DNA from: Scyliorhinus canicula
Lineage: Eukaryota
Direction of reading: 5' to 3'
Length of the DNA: 64,000 nucleotides
Assembly (NCBI RefSeq): GCF_902713615.1
Contig: NW_024055751.1
Coordinates: 950,672 to 1,014,671, forward strand
The first letter of the stretch is position 1; each line of letters begins with the position of its first letter. Both the position numbers and the translations under genes were made by a program. Positions 34,382-46,875 of the stretch are shown here, in pieces. The notes under the pieces are model-generated. The model was not told the DNA's origin. It saw only the letters and a list, made by a program, of their open reading frames with translations, and did no database searches.

Positions 34382-34844
34382 ATGTATTTCCCATGTTGGT
34401 GACTGATAATGAGGTTAAGTTGCCTGGTGAGTCGATGTTCTAATGTTCACTGTGTGCTATCTTCACTCCCAGATATTGAAAACATTTTGTGTTTCGTTCC
34501 AGGAAGAAATGGTGAAGACTCAGTGTCCCAGGATCGATCTGAGATAACGGTTCTGGAAGGACAGAGTATTAAACTGGACTGTAGATACACAGCTGTTTTG
34601 GAAACTATTTTCTGGTACATTCAGTATCACGGGAATCCTCCGAGGAATGTAATGAGAATCTATATTTAGGGTAGTCCGGGTAAGTCTCCAGATTTCCAGG
34701 CCAGGTTCTTCGGCTGCTTTGCACAAAGGAAACCAAACGGTTCCTTTAAATATCGCCGTGGCTGATCTTTCCGACAGTGCCGTGTATTTCTGCGCCATGG
34801 AGCCCACACTGCTGCAGAGTTATAGAGGGTCCCGTACAAACACT
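34382..34844 (+). pseudogene. TCR alpha/delta-type V pseudogene with leader and RSS
   Basis: Leader 34382-34426 has an in-frame TGA. Exon from 34503 reads DSVSQDRSEITVLEGQSIKLDC...FWYIQ..., with a TAG stop and frameshift, then DSAVYFCAME. RSS: CACACTG (34805-34811), 24 nt, ACAAACACT. Confidence 0.88.
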
Positions 34845-36384
34845 CACACTGGGAGTTCCAGTCATTTCTCGGCAGAGGGCGCTCTCACATTGATAGACAG
34901 ACACAATTAGGCTTGTTCCTGATATGAGTGTACTCTTTAATATCAGAAGAGAAGGGCCAAAATCCATTTAAGTTCAATTATTTTCTGTAGAAGTCTCAAC
35001 GGGACAGCATGTCTCCATGGTGCTTTGAGATAATAATCATCACGGTGTTCAGTGAGTCAATATACAAAAAGCCTACAGGCAGAAGGATACCATTCGGTCC
35101 ATCGAGTCGCCGCTGACCCTCTGAAAGAGCACTCCTATTTTAACCACTCCACTATCGCTGGCCGTGCCTTCAGCTGCCTGGACACAAAGCTCGGTAATTT
35201 CCTCCCTAGACCTCTTCACCCTCCCACTTAGAGTCATAGAACTATATCGCTTTACAGCTCAAAAGAGGCCCTTCAGCCCAGCGCGCATGGACTGGCCATC
35301 AAAAACTCATCGATTCTAATTGAATTTTCCATCAGTTGGCCCATAGCCTTGTGTTCAATGCCGTTTGAAGTGCTTATCTAAATGCTTTATAAATGGTGTG
35401 AGGGTTACAGCCTCTATCACCATTTCACGCAGTGAGTTCCAGGTTCGCATCACCCTCTGGGTAAAAGTGGTTTCCTCAAATCCCCTCTAACCTCCTGCCC
35501 CTTAAGTTAAGTGTATTCCCACTGGCTATTAGCCCATCTACTCAGCGGAAAAGTTCCTTCCTGCTACCCTATCTATGCCCCTCATCGTTTTCTGACATAA
35601 ACATCAACAATAACGAAGACAATGTCTAAACCGCTGCAGTTTAGATTTCTGGGACGCATTTGTGGCTTGGTATGTATTTCGGTAAACCCTTAATCAACTC
35701 AACATCCACATTCTCAGCTTTGACAAAGGGTCGTCCACAATCGAAACGTGAGCTCCCTTTTCTCTTCACAGATGCTGTCAGACCTGCTGAGATTGTCCAG
35801 TTATTTCTGGTTTTATTTCACATTCCATTCCAGCGTCCACAGTAATTAATTTGCTTTTATTTGCACTTAAAACATTATCGATCAATAAATCGATTTTCTA
35901 TTCTACGCTAAACCCGGCATCATGTACTTCCCATGGCACGGGCTGGTAATATTAGTCGTCTTGTTTGGCGAGTCTCTGTGGCAGTTATTTTACATTTCAT
36001 GTATTATGTTCCGCAACAATTGATTTTCTTTTAGAATTTGCTCATGCTTTTATTGCCAATCATTGCCCTTGCGGGCAATTAAGGTTCAACCACATTGCTT
36101 TTATCTGAGATAGGTTTTCAAATCTCCCAGTTACACATCATATGGATATTTCCGATCGTTAATTATATTGCCATCAATGTGTATTAATCTCTTTTATTTG
36201 CACTTCAAGTATTATCGATCGAGAAGTCGATTTTCTATTTAAGCCGAGCGCCCTGGGTTTGAGAGCCCTCACCGTGATCCATGCTGCTCGGGAGCACGTC
36301 CCTTATCGGAGGAACCTAGCAACAGGCAAGAGATGCGTTTTCGATCGAAAATTCGATTTTCTACTGCAGCCTAAAGTAGACACA

Positions 36385-36730
36385 ATGATCCTGCATGATA
36401 TTAGCAATCGTGTTACCCCGTGGGGCTCTGTTGAAATTCTTATTCTGAATTTAATGTCTTAAATACAACAGGAGAGTTTGAAACACTCTCTGTTTTGGTA
36501 CAGGAACGTACGGGACAGACTCAGCGGCCTTGGGCTCACCTGAGTTAACGGTTCTGGAAGAGCAAACTATAATTTCCGGCAACATTATCTCCACATCTGA
36601 GAGTTTTAATTACCCTTGCTAGTACGCGGGTATTCCAAGTTTTAATTTACCATGTACATCACGGCATGGAGATGATTCTCGTGATTTCCCAAATTGCTCC
36701 TCTGTTCACCCGCAGAAGAGCAGAAGAGCG
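36385..36730 (+). pseudogene. Decayed TCR V relic (same family as 34382)
   Basis: GACACAATG leader start, acceptor TACAG at 36503, and translation TDS...PELTVLEEQTI...DFPN matching SEITVLEGQSI...DFQA. No Cys104 or RSS seen. Confidence 0.6.
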
Positions 36731-36849
36731 GAGACACCAATATAACTGTCTGATAAATAGACCTGACTGTGCAGGTGAATCCAGGATCAAACAATTCCCG
36801 CGGACAAGGGCAGGGAAGCAGACTTAGTGGAGCTGTGAATACTCGCTGA

Positions 36850-36888
36850 GGTTTTTGTACGGTGCTCTATCTGCTTTCTAACGCTGTG
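36850..36888 (-). promoter_or_regulatory. 23-RSS
   Basis: CACAGCG, 23 nt, ACAAAAACC. Confidence 0.93.
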
Positions 36889-37406
36889 CCTCACTGCACA
36901 GTAATAGACAGCCCCGTCATCCACACTGAGGGCGCTTATATTGAGGTAACCGTTCTGTTTAGACTTGTCAGCAGCCGCCAGGTATCGTCCTGAAACTTTC
37001 TCTTCCTTCAGAGCTAATGCATTGCTAATAATCCGGATTGGTGGTTGTGCCGTTTTCTGCTGATACCATTGCATGTAGTCCATATTGGGGTCTGTGTATT
37101 CACAATCTAACCGCGCTGATTCCCCTTCTGACGCAGTTTCTGTCACCGGTGACTGAGTGACTGGATTTGCACTTTGCCCGCCTGTGAAGGTAGAGAAATG
37201 AAGCATGAAGAGTTTAATCTTAATTGATCTAAATTTGTTTGTATATGCGTAATTTGTGGAAACTCAACTGTACTTATCATTTCTGATCGTAAATTACATT
37301 GAATGTTATTGCAATCTATAACCTGCTAATCTGGCATGGTGAGTAATGACAATTACTTACCGCCCAATAGCGTCGCCAGTATTAACAGAAACATGTCTGA
37401 CTGCAT
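36889..37406 (-). CDS. TCR alpha/delta-type V gene segment, apparently functional (leader 37406-37361, V exon 37181-36889)
   Basis: MQSDMFLLILATLLG|GGQSANPVTQSP...RLDCEY...WYQQ...DDGAVYYCAVR. GT-AG phase-1 intron, with Cys23, Trp41 and Cys104 present. Confidence 0.93.
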
Positions 37407-40175
37407 CTCTCTGAGTGAATCGGAATGGAATGAGGCAGAGATTGAGAGGAGAGGGGGAACCTGGTCTCTGTACATCTGATTGGTCCTTCGACACATTGCA
37501 GCGGGCCAGGCCCTTTGTGACCTCACTGAGACTACGACGCTTATTGGCTATAATGGTCGGTCGCAGAACTTCATCATCCCCATGAAAGAACAAAGAAAAG
37601 TACAGCACAGGAACAGGCCTGTCGGCCCTCCAATCCTGCGCCGACCATGCTGCCTGTCTAAACTAAAATCTTCTACACTTCCGGGGTCCGTATCCCTCTA
37701 TTCCCATCCTATTCATGAAAAGTAATCGCATATTGTCACCAGTAAATTTAAATGAAGTTACTGTGAAAAGCCCCGAGTCGCCACATTTCGGCTCCTGTTC
37801 GGGGAGACCGGTCCGGGAATTGAATCCTCGCTGCTGCCTTGTTCTGCAATACCAGCCAGCAGTTTAGCCCAGTGTGCTAAACCAGGGAAGTCTACGCAAT
37901 TATGTTTGAACGTGGCGCCCTCTTAGTTTCATTCCTGTCAGAACCACAGAATCATAGAATGCGACCAACTGAACTGATTTAGGGTGTATTGAAATACACA
38001 AGACGACACGAATGCTCCGAGAAATCTACACTGGATCTGCTTAGAAATAGTTTTTGCTACTGTTGATGTTTATGTCAAAAAGTGATGCTAAATCGATTAA
38101 ATCTTGGCTAGCCGTCTCTATCCAAATCATGTGCACGGCAAAGGAGATATAGTGTTTGGACTTTCAAGGGGCGTTTATATAAAATATCAGAGAACTTTGG
38201 ATTCGTTTGCTTGTAAGAAAGGAGGTAGAAGGAAGACTCAAATGTTGCGCCGAATAACATACCTTTTCGAGAGAGTAGACCATTTGTAATTGTTTCCATT
38301 AACAGCAGAAGCAATAAACAAAGCATCCTGATTTAATAGAAAACATGATAGAGAATGATGTATTTATTAATAATATGCTATCTGCTAATATATAGAGTAG
38401 GACACACAAAATGATGAAAGAAGATTCAATAGCCAATTTCAAAAGAGAATTTCATAATCTGAAAAGGGAAGGCAGTATGTAATTTGTGGGATGTGAAAGA
38501 CGATTTGGATAGCATTTTCAAGTAGTCACAGATACGGCAAGCCGGATTCTCATTCCATTCCACAATGCTCCCTGATTTTTGGACCTTCATGCCTCTCTCA
38601 CTATTCGTTCTCAGTCACTTGAGCAGTGAAAAGGTGCAGGACAGACGCAAAGTTCTGGGGATTCGACCGTTATTATTTCCGCTCCAACAGTTGCAACTGC
38701 AGCTGACAACAGCCGCACAGTTTGACTAGTTTTGAGTCTGCGGTGTCAACTTCCGTTTGCTGCTCTCGCTCTGAAATGATTGTGCTGTTGGAGACATTGC
38801 TGTACATGGCCCAGGAACTGGCATTGGATAGATCAGCAACGGAGTGGTCTGGCAATCTGTATTTCTGCTCCAGCTGATCACTGCCTCCATTGAAGAGGGG
38901 CTGATTCAGGAACGGTTATGAGGATACAATGGTTCCGATCCTCATCGTTACCTTAATTCTCAGAAAATAGTTCCTTCACTTTAAAACTCAATTCTCCCTT
39001 CTGTTCTGTTCTCCCAAATATCACTCATTCTACTTGTTTGCCCAACAATAATTTTCTCAAACCTTTTGGGCAGTCCCCATTTCATTTCTATTTGTGTAAT
39101 TTACCATATTGTTCTGTCCACGTCCCTCAGCTGCCTGCCTATTACGCTTCCTATTTAGGCAGTAGACAGTTAGCATGTCCAGTCAGAAGGTCTGAAGAAA
39201 CTCTGGAATTGGCACCACAACAACATTGTTTTTTTCCCATCACTCCTTCCACGTCATAGACTGACCCCACAAACATAATTTCTATCGCTTTGGCTTGAAA
39301 ACACATCAACGTTCCTGTTAATAACAGGGGAAGGAGCAACCGACTATTTGGTCTCAAGTCACGGCACTTAGATTTAAAAGCTGGACCTCCTGTCTCAGAT
39401 GCAAGAGCGTTCCAACTATGCCAAATCAGAACAGTTACTTTCGACCTGCTGCTGCTAATCACAATGCCCATCTACCATTAATTGTAATATTTCCATGTTA
39501 CCATGGAAGAATGCAGCTGAATGCCATAAATTCCTTTAGAGAGGTAAGCCGGCTGATGAGGCAGAGACTGATGGATAGGGTCTGTCTGGGCCCTGCGCAG
39601 GAAGATGTTTTTAAGTTTACTTCACTCACTGTCACCATCAGAACGAGGTCATTGGCGCGGGGTGAAATCGAATTTTCTGCCACTCACGAGGGAAAAATAT
39701 TAAATTGGTCTCCATGGAAACCTTCTCTGAGAATTGTTCTGGTCTTTTACGGTTGATGATTCCTAAGGATTAAGAACGGGAAGAAATCCACAGCAGAGTA
39801 TGGACACTTTAAAAGCAAACATGAAACTTACAGTAGAATTTTATTAATATTGACGGTCAGCCGTCACACACCAACATAAAATTGAAATGAAAATCGCTTA
39901 TTGTCACAAGTATGCTTCAAATGAAGTTACTGTGAGAAGCCTCTAGTCGCCGCATTCCGGCGCCTGTTCGGGGAGGCTGGCTCATTGAGAGTCCGTTTCT
40001 TCAATCGGCCACTTTATACCTTGGCCATCAGTATCTCTGGTCAAAGCCGCTTCGTAAGGGAAAGGTCAAGCCCCGCTCAGAGCCTCCCTTTCTTGCTCTC
40101 ATTCTCACCCACCTTGCCCGCCCTGTGTTAGTGGGGACATTGCTGCAGCTTCTCCGGAATGGTAACCAGGCGTGA

Positions 40176-40213
40176 GGTTTTTGTACAGTGACTGCGCCTT
40201 TCCTGTCAGTGTG
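40176..40213 (-). promoter_or_regulatory. RSS (22-nt spacer)
   Basis: CACACTG, 22 nt, ACAAAAACC. Confidence 0.9.
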
Positions 40214-40787
40214 GGCTGTATCGCACAGTAATACACAGCGGCATCCGCGCTCTCCGTGTCTTGAATCACCAATTGGCCCCGTTTATCCGCAGTGGAAAGT
40301 TCCAATTCGAATCGGTCCTTTCTCTCTTTGCCAGCCGAGAATCTGCTTATTATCCACTCCGGTCCCTGACCGGATTTTTGTCTGTACCAATACATTCCGT
40401 TAAATCCGGACATGTCATAGCTGCAGTTTATTTGCACTGGATCTCCGCTCTGGGTTGTTGTCGCAATGGGAGATTGGGACACTTGGTCCGAGCCACATCG
40501 GCCTATAAAATAAAAGAGAAATTGGAGCAAGGTGAATATAAATACATTATAGATGTTCGTGTGGAGTTTGCACATTCTCCCGGTGTTTGCGTGGGTTTCG
40601 CCCCCACTACCCAAAGATGTGCAGGGTAGGTGGATTGGCCACGCTAAATTGCCCCTGAATTGGAAAAAATAAATTGGATACGCTAAATTTATTTTTAAAA
40701 TAATAAATACACGATATCCACATATTATTGAGTAAGTCCCCTGTACTTACAGGTCAGTAGTACGAGAACGACAGGGAGCAGCTGCAT
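40214..40787 (-). CDS. TCR alpha/delta-type V gene segment, apparently functional (leader 40787-40751, V exon 40502-40214; SINE fragment in intron)
   Basis: MQLLPVVLVLLT|CRCGSDQVSQSP...QINCSY...WYRQ...DAAVYYCAIQP with GT-AG splice sites. Confidence 0.92.
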
Positions 40788-41539
40788 TTGCACCGTGTAA
40801 TATATCATTTTTATTAAAATGTGAAAAGGAGAGGAGCAGAGCTCACATCAGAAGAACTCAGAGCGTCTGCGCACAGCCGCCAGTCGGTTCGTGTTGCCGT
40901 CAGCAGTAAAGATTTCTGTCACGTGGTTTTGATTGGCTGCAATTGGACTTTGTTCGCCCCACAAACCGACCTGGGCTGTTGATCTACCGCTGTCGTCTGC
41001 AGCTGGTCACATCTGAACTGATGAATTGTCTATAAAGCTGAAATTCTCTTAACTCCTGGTGGCGGGAAGTGTGGAGAAGGCAACATCGTTGTGAAAATGT
41101 TCCCGAAGGAGACACACTTGGGGTTTGGTGTTGTAACCAATTCAAACGCTGCATGGAGATTCTCTTAATCATTAAGACATTAATACTTAATGAATATAGT
41201 CTGACGTTAATATTCTATTTTTTTTATCCTGTTGCAAAGATATATTTAAACATCTGGAACCATAAGATGTATTATAAATAGGTACAGTATAAAACGGTTT
41301 CACCTGATGAAGGATCAGCACATTGGCACTTTGCAGCGCACGTTGTCACACTGCTGTGTTTTATAGTTCTCCGGAAGGAGGCTGGCGAAGCTGGTTCAAA
41401 GCCCATGGGTAACCGGAACTGAACAAAACTGTGCATGAAAATCTGCCCACATGGGTATTACTCACATTAGAAAAAGATGTGATCCCTGGAAATAAAGCAA
41501 ATATTGGGAGGGGTCAGTTTGTCGTTTGCCCAGTTACCT

Positions 41540-42175
41540 CTTACAGCATGCTCACTTTCATCGGCCGGGGCATTGAGTATAAGAATTGGCAAGTCATGTT
41601 GAAGCTGTATAGAACATTAGTTATGCCCCACTTGGAATAAAGTGTTCTATTCTGGAATCCACACTATCTGAAGGATGTGGGGGCTTTGGAGAGTGCAGAA
41701 AAGTGGTTTACTGGGATGTTGCCTGGTAAGGAGGGTATTCGTTATGAGCAGAGGCTGGATAAATTCTGTTTGTTCTCACTGGACCAATTAACAAAGAACA
41801 AAGAAAAGTACAGCACAAGAACCTCCAGGCGTGCGCCGACTATGCTGCCCGTCTAAACTAAAATCTTCTACACTTCCGGGGACGATATCCATCCATTCCC
41901 ATCCTACTCATGTATTTGTCAAGATTCCCCTTAAATGTCACTATCGTCCCTGCTTCCACCACCTCCACCGGCAGCGAGTTCCAGGCACCCACTAGCCTCT
42001 GTCTAAAAACCTTGTCTTGTACATCTCCTCTAAACCTTGCCCCTCGCACCTTAAACCAAAGCCCCCTAGTAATTGACCCCTCTAACCTGGGAAAAGGTCT
42101 CTGAATATACACTCTGTCTATGCCCCTCATAACTAGTGTGGCGACCAGAATTGAACACTATACTCCAAGTGTGGA
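41540..42175. mobile_element. CR1 LINE 3' fragments in both orientations
   Basis: LKLYRTLVMPHLE on plus, and MRGIDRV...WFKVRGARF...GAWNSLP on minus. Confidence 0.8.
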
Positions 42176-42454
42176 ATCAGGGCATCAGATGGAGCCATGA
42201 AGCATGGAAATCCAATGGACAGAAATAAGATGAGCTAAGAGGCCAGAGATGAACTTATGAATATAATTTATCTCTGAACAGAAGGTGAAATTATGAAGGA
42301 ATGTTTTTATCTCAGTAAACAAGGCTTGTTCTGGTCGAGTACTCTGTTTTATGACCCAAATAAGGAGGAACCTGTGACTCTAGCTTTAGAGGCTGAATAG
42401 AAAGTAGCCCTCTTTATCATTGTGAAAACTAACCGGCACACTCATTTTTTAGAA

Positions 42455-45400
42455 TTTCATTTACGGGATGTGGGCGTCGCTGATTAGACCAGCATTTATT
42501 GCCCATCCGTAGTTGCCTCTAAGAAGATGGTGGTGAGCTACCTACTTGAACCGCCTCAGTCCTTGATGTATAGGTGCACCCACTGTGCTGACAGGGAGCG
42601 TGTTCCAGGCTGTTGCCCCAGCGGCCGTGAGCGTGGCGAGTGACTTGGAGGGGAACCTCCAGGTATTGGGTTACCCAGGTATATGCTGATCTTCTTCTAG
42701 ATAGCAGTGGTCGTAGGTTTGGAAGGAGTTTCCTGAGGCAACCTAGGTGATTCATGCAGTGCATCTTGTAGATGGTATACACGGCTGCCACTGTTCATCG
42801 GTGATGGGGAATTTAATGTTTGTGGACAGGGGGAACAATGAAGCGGGCTTCTTTGTACTGAACAGTGTCGAGCTTCTTGAGTGTTGTTGGAGCTGCACTT
42901 ATCCAGGGAAGTGTGGAGTATTCCATTACACTCCTGACTTACATACTGTGCAGGTAGACAAACGTTGGGGAGTCAGGGGGCGCGTTACTCGCCTTAAGAC
43001 GCCTGACCTTTGACCCCTTCTGCCAGCCACAGTATTAATATGACTGATCCAGTTCAATGTCTGATCAATGTAACCACCAAAATGTTAATTGTGGGAATTG
43101 AGCGTTGGTAATACCATTGGATGTCATGGGACGATGGTTAAGTCCTCTCTTGTAGGAGATGGTCATTACCTGACACTTGTCTGGCGCGACTGTAATTCGC
43201 CATTGTCAGCCTCAAGTCTGGATATTGTCCAGGTCTTGCTGCATTTGCAAATGGACTGCTTTATTATCTGTGGTTTTGCGAATGGTGCTGACATTATGCA
43301 GTCATCTTCGAACAACCCCTAATTCTGACTTTACCATGGTAGGGAGGTCATTGATGAAGCAGCTGAAGATGATTGGGCCGAGGACACTACACTGAGGAAC
43401 TCCTGCTATGATGTTCAGGAACTGAGATGATTGACCTCCAACACCACATCCAACTTCATTTGTTCAAGGTATGACTCCATCCAGTGGAGAGTTTCCTCCC
43501 TGATTTTGCTCAGGCTCCTGGATGCCATTCTCGGTAAAATGTTGCCTTGACTTCAAGGGCAGTCACTCTCACGTCACCTATGGCGCAATAGATAGAGAAA
43601 TACAGCACAGAACAGGCCCTTCAGCCCACGATGTTGTGCCGAACTTTTGTCCTAGCTTAATCATAGAATTTTGGACATAGACTAAGAGCAATTTTCATGG
43701 CCAATCCACCCAACCTGCATATCTTTGGACTGTGGGAGGAAACCGGAGTACCCGGAGGAAACCCACGCACCCACGGGGAGGATGTGCAGACACCACACAG
43801 ACAGTGACCCAAGTCGAAATCGAACTCGGGACCCTGGAGCTGTGAAGCAATTGTGCTATCCACAATGCTACCGTGCTGCCCTTAAGAAGAAGTTAATCTA
43901 CACTCCATTATTCTACCCTAATCCACGTTCCTATCCAATAGCCGCTTGAAGGTCCCTAACGTTTCCGACTCAACTACTTCCACAGGCAGTATATTCCATG
44001 CCCCCACTACTCTCTGGGTAAAGAACCTACGTCTGACATCCCCTCTATATCTTCCACCATTTATCTTAAATTGATGTCCCCTTGTAATGGTATCATATTT
44101 TAATCAAGGTCAGGAGCTGAGGGACCCTGACGGAACCCAAACTGAGCATCCGTGAACAGGTGATTGCTGATTAAGTGCCGCTTGATAGCATTGTTGATTA
44201 TTCCTTAGACCACTTTGTTGATGATGGAGAGTAGATTGATAGGGTGGTGATTGGCTGGCTTGGATTTGTCCTGTTTCTTGTGCACAGGACACTCCTGGGC
44301 AATTTTCCACATTGTCAGGTAGATGCCAGTGTTATAACTGCACCAGACAGCTTGGCTAGGGGTGCGGAACGTTCTGGAGCACAGTTTCATGTTACCAAGT
44401 GGAGTGAATCGTATTGGCTGAAGACTTACATCTGTGATGCTGGGGACCTCCGGAGGAGACCGAGATAGATCATTCACTCGGCACTTCTGGCTGAAGATTA
44501 TTGCGAATCCCTCAGCCTTGTCTTTTGCACATATGTGCTGGGCTCTTCCATCGTTGAGGATGGGGACATTTGTGGAGCCTCCTCCTCCAGAGAGTTGTTT
44601 AATTGTCCACGACCATTCACGGCTGGATGTGGCAGGACTGCAGAGTTTAGATCTGATGCGTCCGTTGTGGAATTGCTGAGCTCTGTCTATTACTTGCTGC
44701 TCATGCTGTTTGGCACACAAGTAGTCCTGTGTTGTAGCTTCAACAGTTTGACGCCTGATGTCTGGTGTTGCTCTGGCATGCTTTCCTATACCCTTCATTG
44801 AACAGTGCTGATCTCCTGGCTTGATGGTAATGGTAGAGTGGGAGATATGTAGGGCAATGAGGTTGCAGATTGTGGTTGAATACAATTCTGCTGCTGCTGA
44901 TGGCTCACAGAGTCTCATGGATTCCCAGTCTTGGGTTGCGACATCCGTTCGAAGCCGATCCCATTTAATACGTGGTAGTGCCACAGAACACGATGGAGAG
45001 TATCCTCAATGTGAAGACGGTTATTTATCCCCACAAGGACTGTGCAGTCATCAATGTTACCGTATTGGACGGATGCATGTGCAGCAGGCAGGGTGGTGAG
45101 GATTATGTCAAGTATGTTTTCCCTCTTGTTGGTTCCCTCAACACCTGCTGCAGTCCTGTCTAGCAGCTGTGTCCTTCAGCAACCGGCCAGTTCGGTCTTT
45201 GGTGGTACTATCGAGCCACTCTTGGTGATAGCCATTGAAGTCCCGCCCCTCCCCAGAGTATATTCTGTGCCCTTGCCACCCTCAGTGCTTCCTCCAAGTG
45301 ATGATCAACATGGAGGCGTCCTGGTTCGTCAGCTGATGATCTACGGTACATGTAAATCAACATGAGGTGTCCTTTCCCATGTTTAAACTGAAACCATAAG

Positions 45401-46390
45401 ACTTCATGACATCCAGAGTCGATGTTCAGGACTTCCATAACAACTCCCTCGCTGTATACCACTATACACCAGATCTACAGGATCCCCGTTATCCAAGTGG
45501 CTTGGTACATCTCCGAAGACATCTAGCAAATTAGTCAAATACGCTTTACCCTTCATAAAACCATGCTGACTCTGATATATTGCGTTTTGACTCTTCAAAT
45601 GTCTTGTTTTTACTCCCTTAACAATGTATCCTAACAATTTCCCAACGACAGATATTAAGCTAACTTGTCTATAGTTTTCTCCTTTCTGTAACCCACCTTT
45701 TTGAATATCTACGTTATATCAGCATTTTTACAATCCACCAGAACCATTCCTGCATCCAGGGACTTTCGGTACATCATAAAAGTCCGAAGTGGGCATGGTC
45801 GCTGATGATTGCATTATTTTCAGACCATTCGAGACTCCTTCGACACTGAAACCGTCACGTGCAAATACAGAAAGACCTAGACAATATCCATGCTTGGGTT
45901 CACAAATGGCAAGTAAATTTCGATTCATAAAATTGCCAGGCAATCACCATCTCAAATATAAGAGAAGCGAACCATCGCCCCATGATATTCAATGGCGCTA
46001 CCAGCACTGAATTATCCATTATCAACATCCTGGGTTTACCATAGACCAAAAGCTGAACTGCACTTGCTATTTAAATACTATTGCTATAGTGAATGCTCTG
46101 GCTAAAAGAGAAAACCAAAGGCTCGGACTCCAGCAGTTAGTAACCCTGATGTAAAACGAAGGCGAGGAGAAATTACTTCTCTCACTGGGTCGTTAATCTG
46201 TGGAATTCATAGTTTCTTCACTGACTCTGGGTCAAATTCCCGGAAATCCCACCGTAAGAGCACAGTGGGTGTCCCTACACCACATGGACTGCAGCTGTTC
46301 AAGAACGCAGCCACCACCACCTTCTCAAGGGCAATTATGGATGAGTAACAAATGTTGGCCTAGACAACAAAACTGACATCCTGGAAAAAT
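42455..46390. mobile_element. Nested decayed non-LTR retrotransposon fragments (mostly minus) with SINEs inserted at ~43590-43881
   Basis: ORF 44205-44984: TIKPGDQ...KQDKSKPANHHPINLLSIINKVV (RT N-terminus). SINE GGGCAGCACGG head at 43881. Confidence 0.7.
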
Positions 46391-46875
46391 CATTTTTACA
46401 AAACGATAAAAATCGTGTCTCCACAATTGTGATGATATTGAGTATTTGTCGGGGAACGGTATTTGCTTTCTAATTGGAAGTTGTCCCTTGCACTGTTATA
46501 AGTCGCTTCTGTGCCTCTCTCCATTGTACACGGGGCAAGGTTGATGGTCACACATGGGTCATATCACTTTCATTGCATGTACAAGTCAAGAATTTAATAA
46601 TTTATTTATTATTGTCAGTCCTCGGCAGTGGAGTACAATGAATAGCAAACTTTGAGATTGTAATAACATAAACTAATGTTTTCTGTCAAAGTGTCCACAG
46701 TATAAATTTTGGCGGGGTACGCACAACGCGCTCTGTATTGATATTGTGACAACAATTTGGAGAGTGTATGACACTGCTGGGTTAGCATTAAACTGTTTCA
46801 GTGACGCTCTAAGGGATACTGAGTTGGACAAAAATAAATTGAGTTGTGATGCGGGAAACACTTCAAGTGTGCTTT

